NCBI GenBank assembly: GCA_000388065.2
Contig: KB932202.1
Reading direction: 5' to 3' (one strand)
DNA: 63,716 nucleotides
DNA from: Fonticula alba ATCC 38817
Lineage: Eukaryota; Protista; Nucleariida
The notes under the pieces were generated by a model. It searched no databases and was not told where the DNA came from. It worked only from the letters and a program-made list of their open reading frames with translations. Shown in pieces: positions 37,801-50,670 of the stretch. Numbering within the stretch: the stretch's first letter is position 1; every line of letters starts with the position of its first letter. The translations under genes and the position numbers were made by a program.

Positions 37801-39927
37801 TCACCGGCAGTCAAGGACGCGTGCCAGAATATGGAGGTTGTTAAGGGCCAAGGGGCTGGCATCAAGAACCTGGCCGGCCTTCTCGATGGCAACACTGGCG
37901 CGCGCCCACCGGTGGAGGGCGTACCGCCGCTCGTTGGGCGACCAGGCCTTCGTGAGAGCATAGGGGAAGCCTGGTGGTGGTGGTGGTGGTGGTGGTGTGT
38001 GAGGCATGTACCATGTTAGAGCTCGGCATCGGTGCCAAAAAGGGGGGAAAAGGTCCGGCAAGGGTGCCCGGGGGGGGGGGGGGGGGGGGGGGNNNNNNNN
38101 NNNNNNNNNNNNNNNNNNNNNNNNNNNNNNNNNNNNNNNNNNNNNNNNNNNNNNNNNNNNNNNNNNNNNNNNNNNNNNNNNNNNNNNNNNNNNNNNNNNN
38201 NNNNNNNNNNNNNNNNNNNNNNNNNNNNNNNNNNNNNNNNNNNNNNNNNNNNNNNNNNNNNNNNNNNNNNNNNNNNNNNNNNNNNNNNNNNNNNNNNNNN
38301 NNNNNNNNNNNNNNNNNNNNNNNNNNNNNNNNNNNNNNNNNNNNNNNNNNNNNNNNNNNNNNNNNNNNNNNNNNNNNNNNNNNNNNNNNNNNNNNNNNNN
38401 NNNNNNNNNNNNNNNNNNNNNNNNNNNNNNNNNNNNNNNNNNNNNNNNNNNNNNNNNNNNNNNNNNNNNNNNNNNNNNNNNNNNNNNNNNNNNNNNNNNN
38501 NNNNNNNNNNNNNNNNNNNNNNNNNNNNNNNNNNNNNNNNNNNNNNNNNNNNNNNNNNNNNNNNNNNNNNNNNNNNNNNNNNNNNNNNNNNNNNNNNNNN
38601 NNNNNNNNNNNNNNNNNNNNNNNNNNNNNNNNNNNNNNNNNNNNNNNNNNNNNNNNNNNNNNNNNNNNNNNNNNNNNNNNNNNNNNNNNNNNNNNNNNNN
38701 NNNNNNNNNNNNNNNNNNNNNNNNNNNNNNNNNNNNNNNNNNNNNNNNNNNNNNNNNNNNNNNNNNNNNNNNNNNNNNNNNNNNNNNNNNNNNNNNNNNN
38801 NNNNNNNNNNNNNNNNNNNNNNNNNNNNNNNNNNNNNNNNNNNNNNNNNNNNNNNNNNNNNNNNNNNNNNNNNNNNNNNNNNNNGGGGGGGGGGGGACAA
38901 GCTGCATGACATTGCATGAGATCGGCCGGAGGATCGTACCACATTGGCACGAAGACGCTCGAGCGCCGCGGCGGCACGCTGACACCCCTCGTCGGAGTCA
39001 GCCAGCATCTGCGAAAAGGTCTCCAGCAGCACCTTACGCGAGTAGATCTGAGATGTGAGGGTGCGCTGACTCGACTGAACCTGATGAAGTGGCGCACAGA
39101 AAGGCCAAGTTAGAGCGGCAAGATGGCCAAGGGAAAAGACAAACGCCGGGAAAGAAGCGGGGGGGGGGGGGGGGGGGGGGGGGGAGGGGGCAGGCAGGTC
39201 GAAAGGGTAGCTGGCCGGGAGCGCACCAGGGTGTCCTTCTGGATGAACATCGGCGGCAGCAGGTGCGGCAGGCGAGCAATGTAGATGGGAAGGATGGCGA
39301 AAGAGCCTGGCAGAGCTGACACCAGGAGGAAGGGAATGAAGGCGATGCCATTGCGCTTGGCCCTGTGGGTGAGGAGGAAAGGCATCAGCAAATGCGAGTG
39401 GCAAGCGGGGGCGTTGGCCATGGGGATGCACGCGCGAGCAGATCGAGCGCACTTGTTGACTGTCAGGTTTTGCTCCCGGGTACGGTCCTCCTGCTTGGTG
39501 AGCATGCCTATCCGGGAGGCGTCCATCATTTGCCGGCTGAAGAGGCCAAAACCGCGGATCTGTTCCGGATGGCAGAGGGACGGCAGAAGAAGAGCCCAGC
39601 CGCGGTTAGCTGGCAAATGACATGGGACCGGCAGTCGAGTGGCGCAGCGCCACGGCGCATGGGGCAGGAGGGCAAGGTGTGACAACATACAAAGGTTCGG
39701 GTCATGTTGATTGCCTCATGTAGGCGGGCCTGCCAGCCGCCCTCGGGAGCGGGATGAGGGCTCCCGGGGGTGGCCGCGCCGCTTGGGCCAGAGGGAGGCG
39801 GCTGCGCCGCCGGGGGCGGCTGCGACTGCGGCGCCGAGGAAACAACCGTGTGCATGGCGCGCAAGACCAGAGGGCCGGTTGCTGGCCGGGCTGGCAGCGC
39901 AAGCGAACGGGTAGCGCAGCGAAGCAT
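37801..39927 (-). CDS. LETM1/LETMD1-like mitochondrial inner-membrane protein (internal exons in N-gap)
   Basis: Presequence MLRCATRSL (exon 39927-39691). Spliced product TFIRGFGLF..TREQNLTVNKAKRNGIAFIPFLLVSALPGSFAILPIYIARLPHLLPPMF matches the LETM1 GF.L..LTRRE..vPF..P..L..FP.mLP.tF pattern. Last exon 37970-37801. Confidence 0.62.
38093..38884. other. Assembly gap inside the LETM1-like gene
   Basis: N-run flanked by poly-G on both sides. Confidence 0.95.
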
Positions 39928-41512
39928 CTCTCCACAGAGGCGGCGTTGCCCGGTGAAGGTGTGACAGGAAAGACAGGCGGGAGTAGGGGNNNNNNNNNNN
40001 NNNNNNNNNNNNNNNNNNNNNNNNNNNNNNNNNNNNNNNNNNNNNNNNNNNNNNNNNNNNNNNNNNNNNNNNNNNNNNNNNNNNNNNNNNNNNNNNNNNN
40101 NNNNNNNNNNNNNNNNNNNNNNNNNNNNNNNNNNNNNNNNNNNNNNNNNNNNNNNNNNNNNNNNNNNNNNNNNNNNNNNNNNNNNNNNNGGCGGGGAGCG
40201 TGGGGGCCTGGGGGGGGGGGGCCGGGCGCGGAGGGGGTGCCCCTGGCGCAGGCCACTCGACGCTAGCCGCTCGACCCCGGGCAGCATGTGGGGCGTGGAT
40301 GACTGCCGTCTATTTTTGAATTGTCCATGATCTGCCTCCTGGCACGGATCTCCGGTCGCATCTGCCCTGTGCGCCCCCCCCCACGCATGCACGGTCGCTC
40401 TGGGCTGGCTCCGAGCTAGGCGCGCACCGGGGCTTGGGCGCCCATGCGGGTAGGGGCGGATTTCCTTGACTTGCGATGGCATTTCATCTGGTCCAAGACC
40501 ACTCGGGAGAAGGGGCGTGGGCGTGGGCGTGGGCGTGGGCGTGGTCGCGGGGGCGGGGGCGGGGGCGGGGGGCGGGGGCGCGGGGGGGTAGCCATTTCAG
40601 GTGCATTGTTGGTGTGCGGCTCTCCGCCCAGGCAGCCCGGCCCGGGCCCTATCGCCCCTGACCAGTGTGGTAAGTCCATGCGCCCCTCGAACCACGGGGT
40701 CCGGCCAGTGCGATCGGCCAAGACCACGGTGCAACCCATATGCAATTTGCGCCTCCACGCGCACACAAGCGCCCATGAGACACACATTAGACACACCAGA
40801 CGCCCATATCAAGCTCGGGAGATCAAGCGCCCCTGCCCCGGCTGGCAAGCAGCAGCGCACTCCGTCTCGAGGAATGCGCCTCCAGTCCCGCACCCCCCCC
40901 CCCCCCACGAAGGCCCTGGCAGGGTGCCCGCGTATCTAGCCCCAAGTCGCATGTGTTTTCTCGCCGCCTCGGGGGTCGGATACAGGTTGCAAGAACGGTG
41001 GGCCGGACGCTCCACCACCCACCGCCCCCCGGCACACGGACACGATCGCGTGAGATGCCCATCCACCGGTGTGCTGACCAGAGAGCACGTGCTACATGGC
41101 GAGATTCCCACAGCGAGGCCGTTATCATGGCGACCTGTCACTCCTCGGCCTTTCAAACTCGTCGATCTGACCAGGGCACGCCAGCGCTCACTGCTCCAGT
41201 CCGCTCTTGGGCGCCTTCCAGGTGAATGGGGCGCGAGGGGACGAGGGATCACACATCTGGCCTCTCGGTGGTTGACAGATCGAACCGGGGGCCGGGTAGC
41301 CAAGGCCACGGGGGGCGCCTCATCGGCAGGCTCTTCGCTCCGACTCACCATCGAGAGTCCAGCTACCCCCATTCCTCCCCCTCCCCNNNNNNNNNNNNNN
41401 NNNNNNNNNNNNNCCCCCCCCCCCCCCGCGCCTCTTTCCTTTTTTTCTTTTTCCCTCTACCTGCCAACTTGGCACCGTCGCCGCCGCCGCCGCCGCCGTC
41501 GCCGTCGCTGCC

Positions 41513-42129
41513 ATGGGCTCAAATGCTCCGCCGCCGAAGCATCCGGCCATGTCGGCCACTGCCATGCCGGCTGCTGCTGACTCGGATCCTGCAGCACTTA
41601 CCCGCTCAACTGCTGCCTCGGCCACCATCACCAACACCAACACCAACACCAACACCGCTTCGGGCGGTGTGACTCCCGCTCCGGCCGGGCAACAGCCTGA
41701 GGCATTAGGCTCGGCAAATCACGCAACAATGCCCACTTCGCTCTCGAGCAGTGACCCCGGCCGGTCTCAAGCCCCCCTCCTGTCGACAGCTGGTGCATTT
41801 GCCCCGCCTGCTGACGCCCTCCCCGCCCCCGCGTCCTCGACCCCAGCCCCGAGCTTCCCCGGCCTGCCGGCCAACTTCCCCAACGCCTTTGATCCGTACC
41901 ACATGCATCTCCTCTCGCAGCGGTATCCTCAACCATTGGGTGCTGGATTGCCCATGTTTCCGACTGTGGTGTCTGATCCTGGCACTGGAGGCTACAATGT
42001 GGCTCTGGCCAGCCTGGCTGGTCTTGGCGCCGGAACGCTGCCGTCTTCCTCCTCGACAGCCAACTCTGCCCTTTTGCACCCCTTTTATCTTCATCAGCAC
42101 CAGCAACAGGCCCAACAAGTCCATGCTCA

Positions 42130-42164
<35 letters not shown>

Positions 42165-42172
42165 AACAGCAA

Positions 42173-42232
<60 letters not shown>

Positions 42233-44843
42233 TTGTTCCAGCAACAGCAAAACACGAAGCAGCAGGCACAGCAGCAAGCACAGCAACAAGCACAGCAGCG
42301 TGCCGGGGTACCTCAGGCACCAGGGACTGGCGCTGTTCGTTCGCCTCCTTTCTTTTTGGCTGATCCTCCCCAGCCGCTGGGGCATTTGTTCGTCCCGATT
42401 GCCGCTGGTAGGCCGCCGATCCCCACCGCAGCACTTGGCCGCCCCCCTGCTGCAGGGTCCAGTCCGATTGGACCTCACGGCGGGGACGCATCTTTTTTGT
42501 CTGAACCCCCTCAGACGCCCAGCACCCCAAGCAGTGCCAGCACCAGTACAAGCGCCAATAGCGCGTCCTCTTCCGCTGGTGCTTCTGGGCACTCACACTG
42601 TCAGTGCAAGAATATCCCCTGCCTGAAGCTGTACTGCGAGTGCTTCGCCCGGGGTGTCCTCTGCCGGCCGGCCTGCACTTGCTCCTCCATTTGTCGGAAC
42701 AACCACCACCATGAGCGGGTGCGTAGTCTGTGGCCTTCTCTTTTGAGCCATTGTTCTTCGCAGCACACGCCGCAAACACACAAACATGCACTTTGTGCTC
42801 GTTTGACTGACTTTTCTCGCCGGTCTCGCCACGAATAGGATCGTCTCGAGGCCGTATACTCGGTGCTTGACCGCAACCCGCACGCCTTCAAATCCAAGGT
42901 ATTCTCCACGAGCTTTTTGCCCCCCCCCCCCCCCTCCTCCCTGCGAACCTCTGACATGCTGTCTCTGCGTGACCTCGCTCTGCTCAAGGATGAGACCCGC
43001 CCACATCGTGGTATGTAATGCACACTGGAATGAGTATCACCACTTGCTCCCGACTGACCTCCGCTCTCATGATGACATTAGGCTGCAAATGCAGACGCAC
43101 ACAATGCCGGAACCGGTATTGCGAGTGCGCTCAGCTCGGCGTCCGATGCTCTCCCCTCGTGTGCCGGTGCATTGATTGCCACAATGGCAAGTGTGATTCC
43201 CATTTTGATGCTGGTACATGCGCACATGCCCATACATACACACCGACGCGCACAGCCTCGGGCATTGGACATATATTTATATGCACATGATTTTTACGAC
43301 CAATTCGCAAGCTGACTCGCCCTTCCTTGCGGGGAAAAAAAAAACAATCACACAATCAAACAACCACCCTGATTGCAGCCGCTACTGGTGGCAGTACCCC
43401 TGTCACTTTGGCAAGCGGCTGGGTGGATGAGGGGGCTTCCGCAGCACAGGAGCTCCGAGATCGCATGGCTCAGCCAGCCGCCTCCTCAAGTGACTTCGCC
43501 CCTGGCTCAGAGCCCTCGACACCCAGTACTCGCGATGTGACTGACGTGGCCACTCCAGCCGCGACCGGTACCATGGCGCCCCCAGGCTCAGGCTCCGGCA
43601 GTGGGGTGGTCACCGCTCGGGACTACTCGCCAGCCACAATGCGCGAATATCGCAATCCCTCCCATTCGGTTGCCTCCCGCAAGCGGAGGTACGCCCATGG
43701 CCTTTGGGGGGGGGTGGGGGTGGGGGGGGGGGCACATTTCCTTCACATGCCCTGACGCAAGGCACTGACCTGCTGGCCCCTCGTCTAGACAACATGCCAT
43801 TGCTCTTCTCTCATCGAAGCAGGCGCTCTTGAAAGATCGCGCCCTCTTTTCATCCATCCTCTCAGAAGGCACTCTCCAGGAGGCCGTTCGCACGCTGGTC
43901 GATTGCGCCGCGCATCCCCTGGCTGTCCGTGCCGCCACGGGAATGCCTTTCACAGAACAACCCACCCCGGCCGAGGGGACTGTGGCCCGAGGTGATATGG
44001 CCGGCACCATGGAGGATGTCTCCACCTCGGAGGTTGCCGGCTCCACTGTCACTGACAACCCGGCTGGAGACACCCGCTCTGTCGCGCGCAAACGCTCAGC
44101 CGATGCGTGGCCCCCGGGGACTTTCGCTCCGAAGCGGCGACGTCACTTGATCCCGGTCTCGGAGTCCCTCAAGTCGGCTCCCGCCTCTGTGACCGAAGTC
44201 TCCGCCACCATGGCCCCACTCAAGCCCGAGGATGGGGCTCTCAAAACCGAGTCGCTGTCTGATGGCGGGAGGCCTGCAACTCCGATTGCAGCTCCGCCTG
44301 TGGCTCTGACCTCACCTCCTATTGGCTCCTTGGCAAACCGCGGCGACCCTCTGGCAACAGCAAGTGCCCTTGTGACGGCCGAGCTGCATGAGCTCAGTCA
44401 GCTGGCGGCTCGCTCTGCCGAAGACCAGGCCATCGATGCCACGGTCGCCTACAACACCCTGACCGAACTCACGCACATCCTAAATCGTGTGTGTGATACC
44501 GTCATCGGGCTCAAGCGTGCGTTTAGCCTTCCCCCCTCCTCCGCCTTCCTCCTCCTCCTTCTCCTCTTCCCTCTCTCTCACACACACACATACACATACA
44601 TGCATGCATATGCACATGCACGCCTCTTCCTTGTCATGTGCACCGTTCTATCCTTGAACTCTAAATGACCCATTTACCCACACCCACGCCCGCCCCCCCC
44701 CCCCCCCCACACACACACACACACACACAGCTCCAACCAAACCTGCACGTGGCGGTATCCGAGCTGCTGCAGCTGCTGCTGCTGCCGCTGAGGCTGCTGC
44801 CGCATCTCTATCAGCCCTGTCTTCTCGCGCCCCCTCCTTGTGA
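41513..44843 (+). CDS. LIN54: LIN54/tesmin/TSO1-like tandem CXC (CRC) domain DNA-binding protein
   Basis: CXC1 CQCKNIPCLKLYCECFARGVLC..C.C; hinge RNPHAFKSK (exon 42839-42898); micro-exon 42989-43010; CXC2 GCKCRRTQCRNRYCEC..C..C.C.DC.N; later exons close in frame to TGA at 44841-44843. Confidence 0.88.
42128..42232 (+). repeat. CAG/CAA tract encoding 35 consecutive Gln in the LIN54-like protein
   Basis: 105-nt CAG/CAA run in frame. Confidence 0.93.
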
Positions 44844-44983
44844 TGTGCGCGCGCGTCCCTCTGCGGCAAATAGACCTCCCTTCCCATAGTTGCTTCGCCT
44901 CCTACATGGCCCCATACACATCGATGTACATAGACACATGCAAACGCCCCCAGCCATGTGAGCGTAGAGCCACGAGAAGTTGC

Positions 44984-45023
<40 letters not shown>

Positions 45024-45173
45024 TGGAATGTAAGGAGATTCTATGGTGTATTAAATATGGTCATATCCCATGGGGAGGAAGGGGGAAGGAGACAGGACGG
45101 GCCCCCTCCGCCGCTTCCGGAGACGCGCCAGCCAGCTGGGAGGAGAGAAAGAGACTGGCGGATACAGGCGGAC

Positions 45174-45204
<31 letters not shown>

Positions 45205-45344
45205 AACACATGGAGGGAAGACTTCCCAAGTGTGGGTTTTGCTGGACAGGGCTAGGGGACAAAAGCCGGGAAGGGCTCCACAATTTGCTGACTCCCCCCC
45301 CCCGCAGCAAGTTTAACACACATGGTCACACATGTGGCGTCCCT

Positions 45345-48300
45345 CTACTTGCGGGACTTCTTCTTGCCGTCGCCGGCCCCGGTGGAGGAGGCCTTGCGCT
45401 TCTTGGCACCAGCAGCCGGCGAGGGCGCGGCGCCGGTGGCCCCGGCGTCCGCCTCCGCACCGGACCCCTTCAGGCGCCGGGCCCGCACACTGTCCGGGTT
45501 GGCCACAGACAGCGACGCACCATCGACAAGAGCCGAGGCCCCCTCAGCCAGCGAGGCCGCCCAGGCCTCCTCATCCTGAGGCAGGGCAAACTTGCTGACA
45601 TCCATGGACTTGAAGACACGACGCTGCTCGGCGCGAAGTTCCTCCCGGGCAGCATCGGTCAGGTCGTCAGTCAGAGACTGCCCGACCGCCGACCAGGCAG
45701 CCGACTTGCTGGCATCCCGCGGACCAGTGCCAGCGGCACCGGTGCCCAGGTCCCCGGCCGAAGTGACAGCCGCCAAGCGCGGCATGGTCGACTCGTACGC
45801 CTGGGCATTCAGATCGGCGTAGTACTTGGCGATCTTGCGCACGCTCTTGTTGAAGAGGGCCAACACCTGCGACACCGACAGGCTGAGGTCCTTCTCCAGC
45901 TGCTCGACCGACTTCCGCTGCAGGCCAAGAGCCAGCATGACGGCCGACTGGACCGGCGAGAGGTTCACAGCCGCCGGCGGAGCGGGCCCGGCCTCGCTGG
46001 CAGGCGCCTCGGCCGCCAGCTGCCCGGTGAACAGGTGCATCGTCATGGCCGGCACCAGGTCCAGGATCATGTGGTAGTCAACCAGATTGCGCGAATACGC
46101 GTCCAGGCGCTTCAGATCATACGGACTCAGGACGGCCAGCATCTGCTCGCGACACAGGCGCCCAGTGTTCGGCAGGGGGACCCCGGCGCTGGAAGTAGCC
46201 AGGACCTTGGACACGTGGGTGTTGTTCAGCAAGTCCATGGCCAGGGCAGGCGAGAAGTTGCGGAACTGGTACGACAGCAGGGTGGTAAAGCGCCGCGAGA
46301 AGTCGGTCCAGAACTCGCTCAGCCAGCTGTTGGACAGGCTGGTGATCGGATCCGCGCGGTTCAGCTGCGACAGCATGATGCAGGTGTGCTCGCCAGTGAG
46401 ATCGTTCTGTGAAGGGCCGGAAGAAGAGGGGGGAGAAGGTTAATGCATGAGCAGGAGAAGGAGGGGAGAGGGGGGAGAGAGAGAGAGAGAGAGAGAGCGC
46501 GGGTGTGCGTGTGTGTCTGTGTGTGTGCGTCTGCGGCGAGGGTGAGTGGGCTCAACCGGAGGCGCCCAGCTGGAGGGAAGACGTACGGGAGTCTGACGCA
46601 GGTAGACAGGCACAAAGGTGGCGCGCTTCCAGAACCTGCAGGGTGGCAGGGAGGAAAGAGCAGGACAAAGGGACACACAGAAAAATAGAGAGGACGAGGG
46701 AGAGGTCAGACAGTTGCTTCGGTGAAGGAAAGGCCGAGGCAGAGAACGCACTTGTGAAGCTGGGCAGTGAGGCCGAAGGACACACCCAGGTAATGGATGC
46801 GCTCCGGGGTGCGCTCCGTCAGCTTGCGCAGGAGAGGAGGGAGGTTCTTACGAGGACGGATGACTTCCGTCTGGAGAGTATCCTGCAAGGCAGCCGAAAA
46901 GAAGAAGAGGGAGGAGATGGTAAAAAAGTGTCAGGAAGGAAGAATGGGACTCACGGGCAAAGGGGCTGAAAGGATGGACGCTGATGCATGCCCCGTACCG
47001 AGGAACTGATCTCATCCGCGAGCGAGGTGCGCGAAGTGGGCTTCTGGCTCACAGTGGAGCTCATGTCCGGGAACTTGCCCTCGTAGTACTCGCGCAGGAG
47101 GTTCAACGCGCGAGAGCCATAACCCATCTAAGTGGACAGATGAAAGTACAACCCGGATGGTCAGTTGAAGGGAGGAAGGGGGGAAGGGAGGAAGGAAGAG
47201 AGAAGGAGAGAAAGGGGGAAACTCGTGGAAGAGATCGGCAGCGCACGTTTTGGTAATCCGGATGCGTGGCGATGCGGACCACGCGAGCGCCAGACATGCT
47301 CCCGAAGTCGGACTCCTGGAACTGTGAAGACAATGATCAGAGGGCAGATAACGGGGCGGGGTGAGTGAGCCTCGACGTGTGTCACAAAAAGCCGGGTGTA
47401 AAGGGCAGGAGCAGGATGTCAAGGGAGAAAGAAGAAGAAGAAGAAGAAGAAGAAGAGGAGGAGGAGGAAGAGGGAGAGGAGGAGGAAGAGGGAGAGGAGG
47501 GCACTCACCTGCTGCGCAATGGTCCAGGGGATCAGATCACCGGACAGGCGCTCCCCACGAGCCAGGCTATGAGCCATGGACTCACGGGAAATGGCGCCCT
47601 CCAGGGCCACCTGCACCACAGCCAGGATCTCCGGCAGATCGCCGGAGCCCGGATCCACCGGGGCCAGCAGAACAAAGATGTTGTGCGCCGGGGCGTCGGA
47701 CAGGAGCTGCAAGTCGTTCGGCGAGTTCTTGTAATGCGACGCCACATACAGAGCCACCAGGCGCTGAAGGAAGGACTCGGCCGCCGGGTGGAAGGAAAAG
47801 AGGGTGTCGCGCTCGACGAAGTAGAGCTCACACTCGCTGGGGTGCGGGCAGCCCGTGGACAGACGCGGGACCGAAGTGCAATCCAGGCAGAGAATGTCAT
47901 TCAGCCACTTCTCAATCGGATCGCCGGCCGCATAACGGATGGGCTCCTCGAGCTTAATCTCGCGGAGCGAGCGCGATGTGGCCAGCTGGGCGGTCGATGC
48001 CGCGGTGTCGGCCTTGGCCGAGACGCTCTGCTCGCGCAGCTGCTGCAGGAGCTTCAGCGAAAGCGACCGACCGGTGCCCTCATAACTGACGGGGGGGAGG
48101 GGGGGGGGGTCAGCCAAGGGTCCAAAAGAGCAGGCACATGTGAGCAGGCAGGGGCAATGTGAAGGACACCCGCGCACCCGTTGATGGTGGACGCCAGGAA
48201 CACCAGATACGGTCCCATCAGGGCGCGCACAAGCGGCAGAGGAATGGCCGCCGCCTCATCGATGACCACCAGCTCCGCTTGGCCGAGAACATGGGCGTCC

Positions 48301-49879
48301 TGAGGCTGGATGTACTGGATAGTCTGCCGGTGCTCGCGGAAAATGTTCACACGGACCACGGCCTTGTTGAAATCGGGGTTGGTTGACTGGACAATGTCGT
48401 AGTCAATGTGCTCCTCGTAGCCCAGCAGGTCAAAGCCCTTGAAGACAAACTCGAAGAGGGTCTTCAGGTTCTCCGGCGAGGGGGAGGTCACGAAGATGTT
48501 GGAATAACTGCCACACAGGAAGAGGAGAGGGCGGGCGGGAGGCGGCATAGGGGGCACGAAGAGAGGGAGACGGGGAAAGGAAGAAAGCCAGGATGTTAGA
48601 GGGTCAACCGGGATGGGCTCTTTGAATGAAGGAGAGAACGGGCAAGTGTCACGCACCCGTAGGCCACAGCAGCGGCCATAGCCAGACCCAAGGAAGCAGA
48701 CTTGCCTCGACCACGCCCGGCAGTCAGGGACACCGTGGTGCGCAGGGTCTTCTCAGAGACGGCCTCGGTGAAGGCGAGGATGGCCTTGGCCTATGGGATT
48801 AAACGGTGCGGAAAGAGGGGGCACACCAAGAGAGGGAGAGGAATGGGGTAACCATAACCATAACAGTGGGTGGGTGGTTAGCGGACGGCACAATGACCAT
48901 GCGGGGGGGGGGGGGGGGGGGGGCAAGAAACAAGGGCATCGGGAGAAACCAACCTGATCCACGGTCCGAGCACCCTTGACCAGAGCACCGACCGGCTGGA
49001 CGTCAGCCAGGGACTCTTGCAGAGCCTCCAGCTCCGGATCCAGCTTGCGGTGGGCCTCAGAGTCCGGGGCCGGCACAGCCACCAGGCCATTCAGATGGCT
49101 GGAAATCGGCAGAAGGTTCAACTCATCGTCCAGGACCATGCAGTTGCTGCACTTCGACAGGGAGAGCAGGAAGCGCTCGTTGAAGCGCGCGACAACATCC
49201 TGATGGGCCTCGGTGCGATAGCGGGAGTGAACGTCCTACGGGGGGGGGGGAGGCGGGACGGGGCCAGGCAAAGTGGGACACAGCGCCAATCCAACGTGTG
49301 AGAGGGGAGGACAGCGCAAACAGGATGGACAATACACCAGGAAGGAAGGCCGGTCCGGGCCCAAAGACATACCATGCTCATGGTGACCAGCTGACGGAGC
49401 GAGTCCATGGTCTTGAGCAGCAGGACAATGATGCCGCCCCCCTCGACTGTCTCGATGGTACGGGCCAGGATGTTCGGCGTCAGGGCCTCGAAGTCCTGCA
49501 GCACGCACATGCCGTAGGTGTTACCAAGGACCTTGTGCGACTCCTTGTAGTAGCAGTAGCGGATGTTGGTCGAGGTGACGAAGAGCTCGAACGGGTCCTC
49601 GCGGTCCGGGTCCAGCAGGCCGCGCTGCGCCAGCTTCTTCATCTGGCGCATGCGCTTCTGGCGATGGCTGCTGAAGCCGAGCTCCTTCTTGTAGCACCAA
49701 AGGACCGACGGGCGCTGGCGCACAGACGCCTTGGACAGCATGTAATGCAGGTTGACCACCTGGTCACGGCCCTTATCGCCGAGCATGACCACCAGCGTAC
49801 GCTGGCGCGTGTGCACGCCATTCTCGATGAGCGTGCGGACGCGGTTGTCCACCCGCTTGCGAATCATGTTGGAGGACAT
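45345..49879 (-). CDS. NAT10: RNA cytidine acetyltransferase NAT10/Kre33
   Basis: Nine exons. RKRVDNRVRTLIENG, VLWCYKKELGFSSH, LQDFEALTPN.LART.ETVEGGG, Walker A TAGRGRGKSA, IDEAAAIP, STINGYEGTGRSLSLKL, YVASHYKNSPNDLQLLSDAPAH, GARVVRIATHP, NDLTGEHTCIM; Lys-rich C-terminus. Confidence 0.97.
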
Positions 49880-50670
49880 GGTGGCGGCCGGAAGCGAGAT
49901 CTGCGAGGGGAGAGGGGGGATGTCGCGCGTGCTCCTTGCAGTGCAATGAGGGGGGAGAGAAAGAGAGGAGGAGGGATACGGGGCTGGGAGCGGACCGAAC
50001 TGGAGAGGGGAGCAGGGCACAGAAAAGAGGGGGAAGCGGAGGGAGGGGGGTGAGGGAGGGAAGACGGCGCTGTCAGGCCGGACAGGTCCCGGGGAGGCTG
50101 CAGCCCGCCAGCCCATGAAGGGATACGGCTCGCATCAGATTGCCCCCTCCCCCCCCCCCCCCTCTCCGGCGCCAGCCGCGGCAGCATCGAGGGTGGGAGT
50201 TACAAGTTCCCCGACGGGCGAAACTCCTTTCCGCAGGAAGTAACCATCGCAGGGGGCAGGGAACGACCACCTGCGTGCCGCCGTTTCCAGCGCGCGCCCT
50301 CCGCCCCCTCTCCCCTCGCCCCCCGGGCTTGCCCTCGTTCCACAATCAGCCTTGCCACGCGCTACTTTGGGCGAGGTCCACGAGGCGCACAGCCAGTGGT
50401 TCTGAAAGTAGACACATCAGAACGCAGCTGCCAATGCACATTCACTGCTCAATGAGAGTCACATGATGTGGGCGGCTCATCCTCCTATTTCCAGGACTAC
50501 CGTCCGAGGATCAAAAGGGGGGGGGGTGCCACACCCCCTCTCTTCAGCCCCCATTCTCCCCCCCCCCCCCTCCCTCTCTTCCTCCTCTTCACACGCTTTC
50601 CTCCCCACACAACACTTGCTGCCACCAAACCGCCCGAATAGCGCGCTGCACAGGGCCAAAAGGAAACACC

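Noticed and set aside
46951-46970. Possible 11-nt micro-exon in a NAT10 intron (CAG|..|GTGAGT)
   Set aside because: Flanking exons already join in phase 0 and match NAT10; inclusion would frameshift.
45345-49879. Possible intronic snoRNA (e.g. an acetylation guide) in NAT10 or other introns
   Set aside because: No convincing C/D or H/ACA box pair with terminal stem seen by eye; an Infernal scan would be needed.
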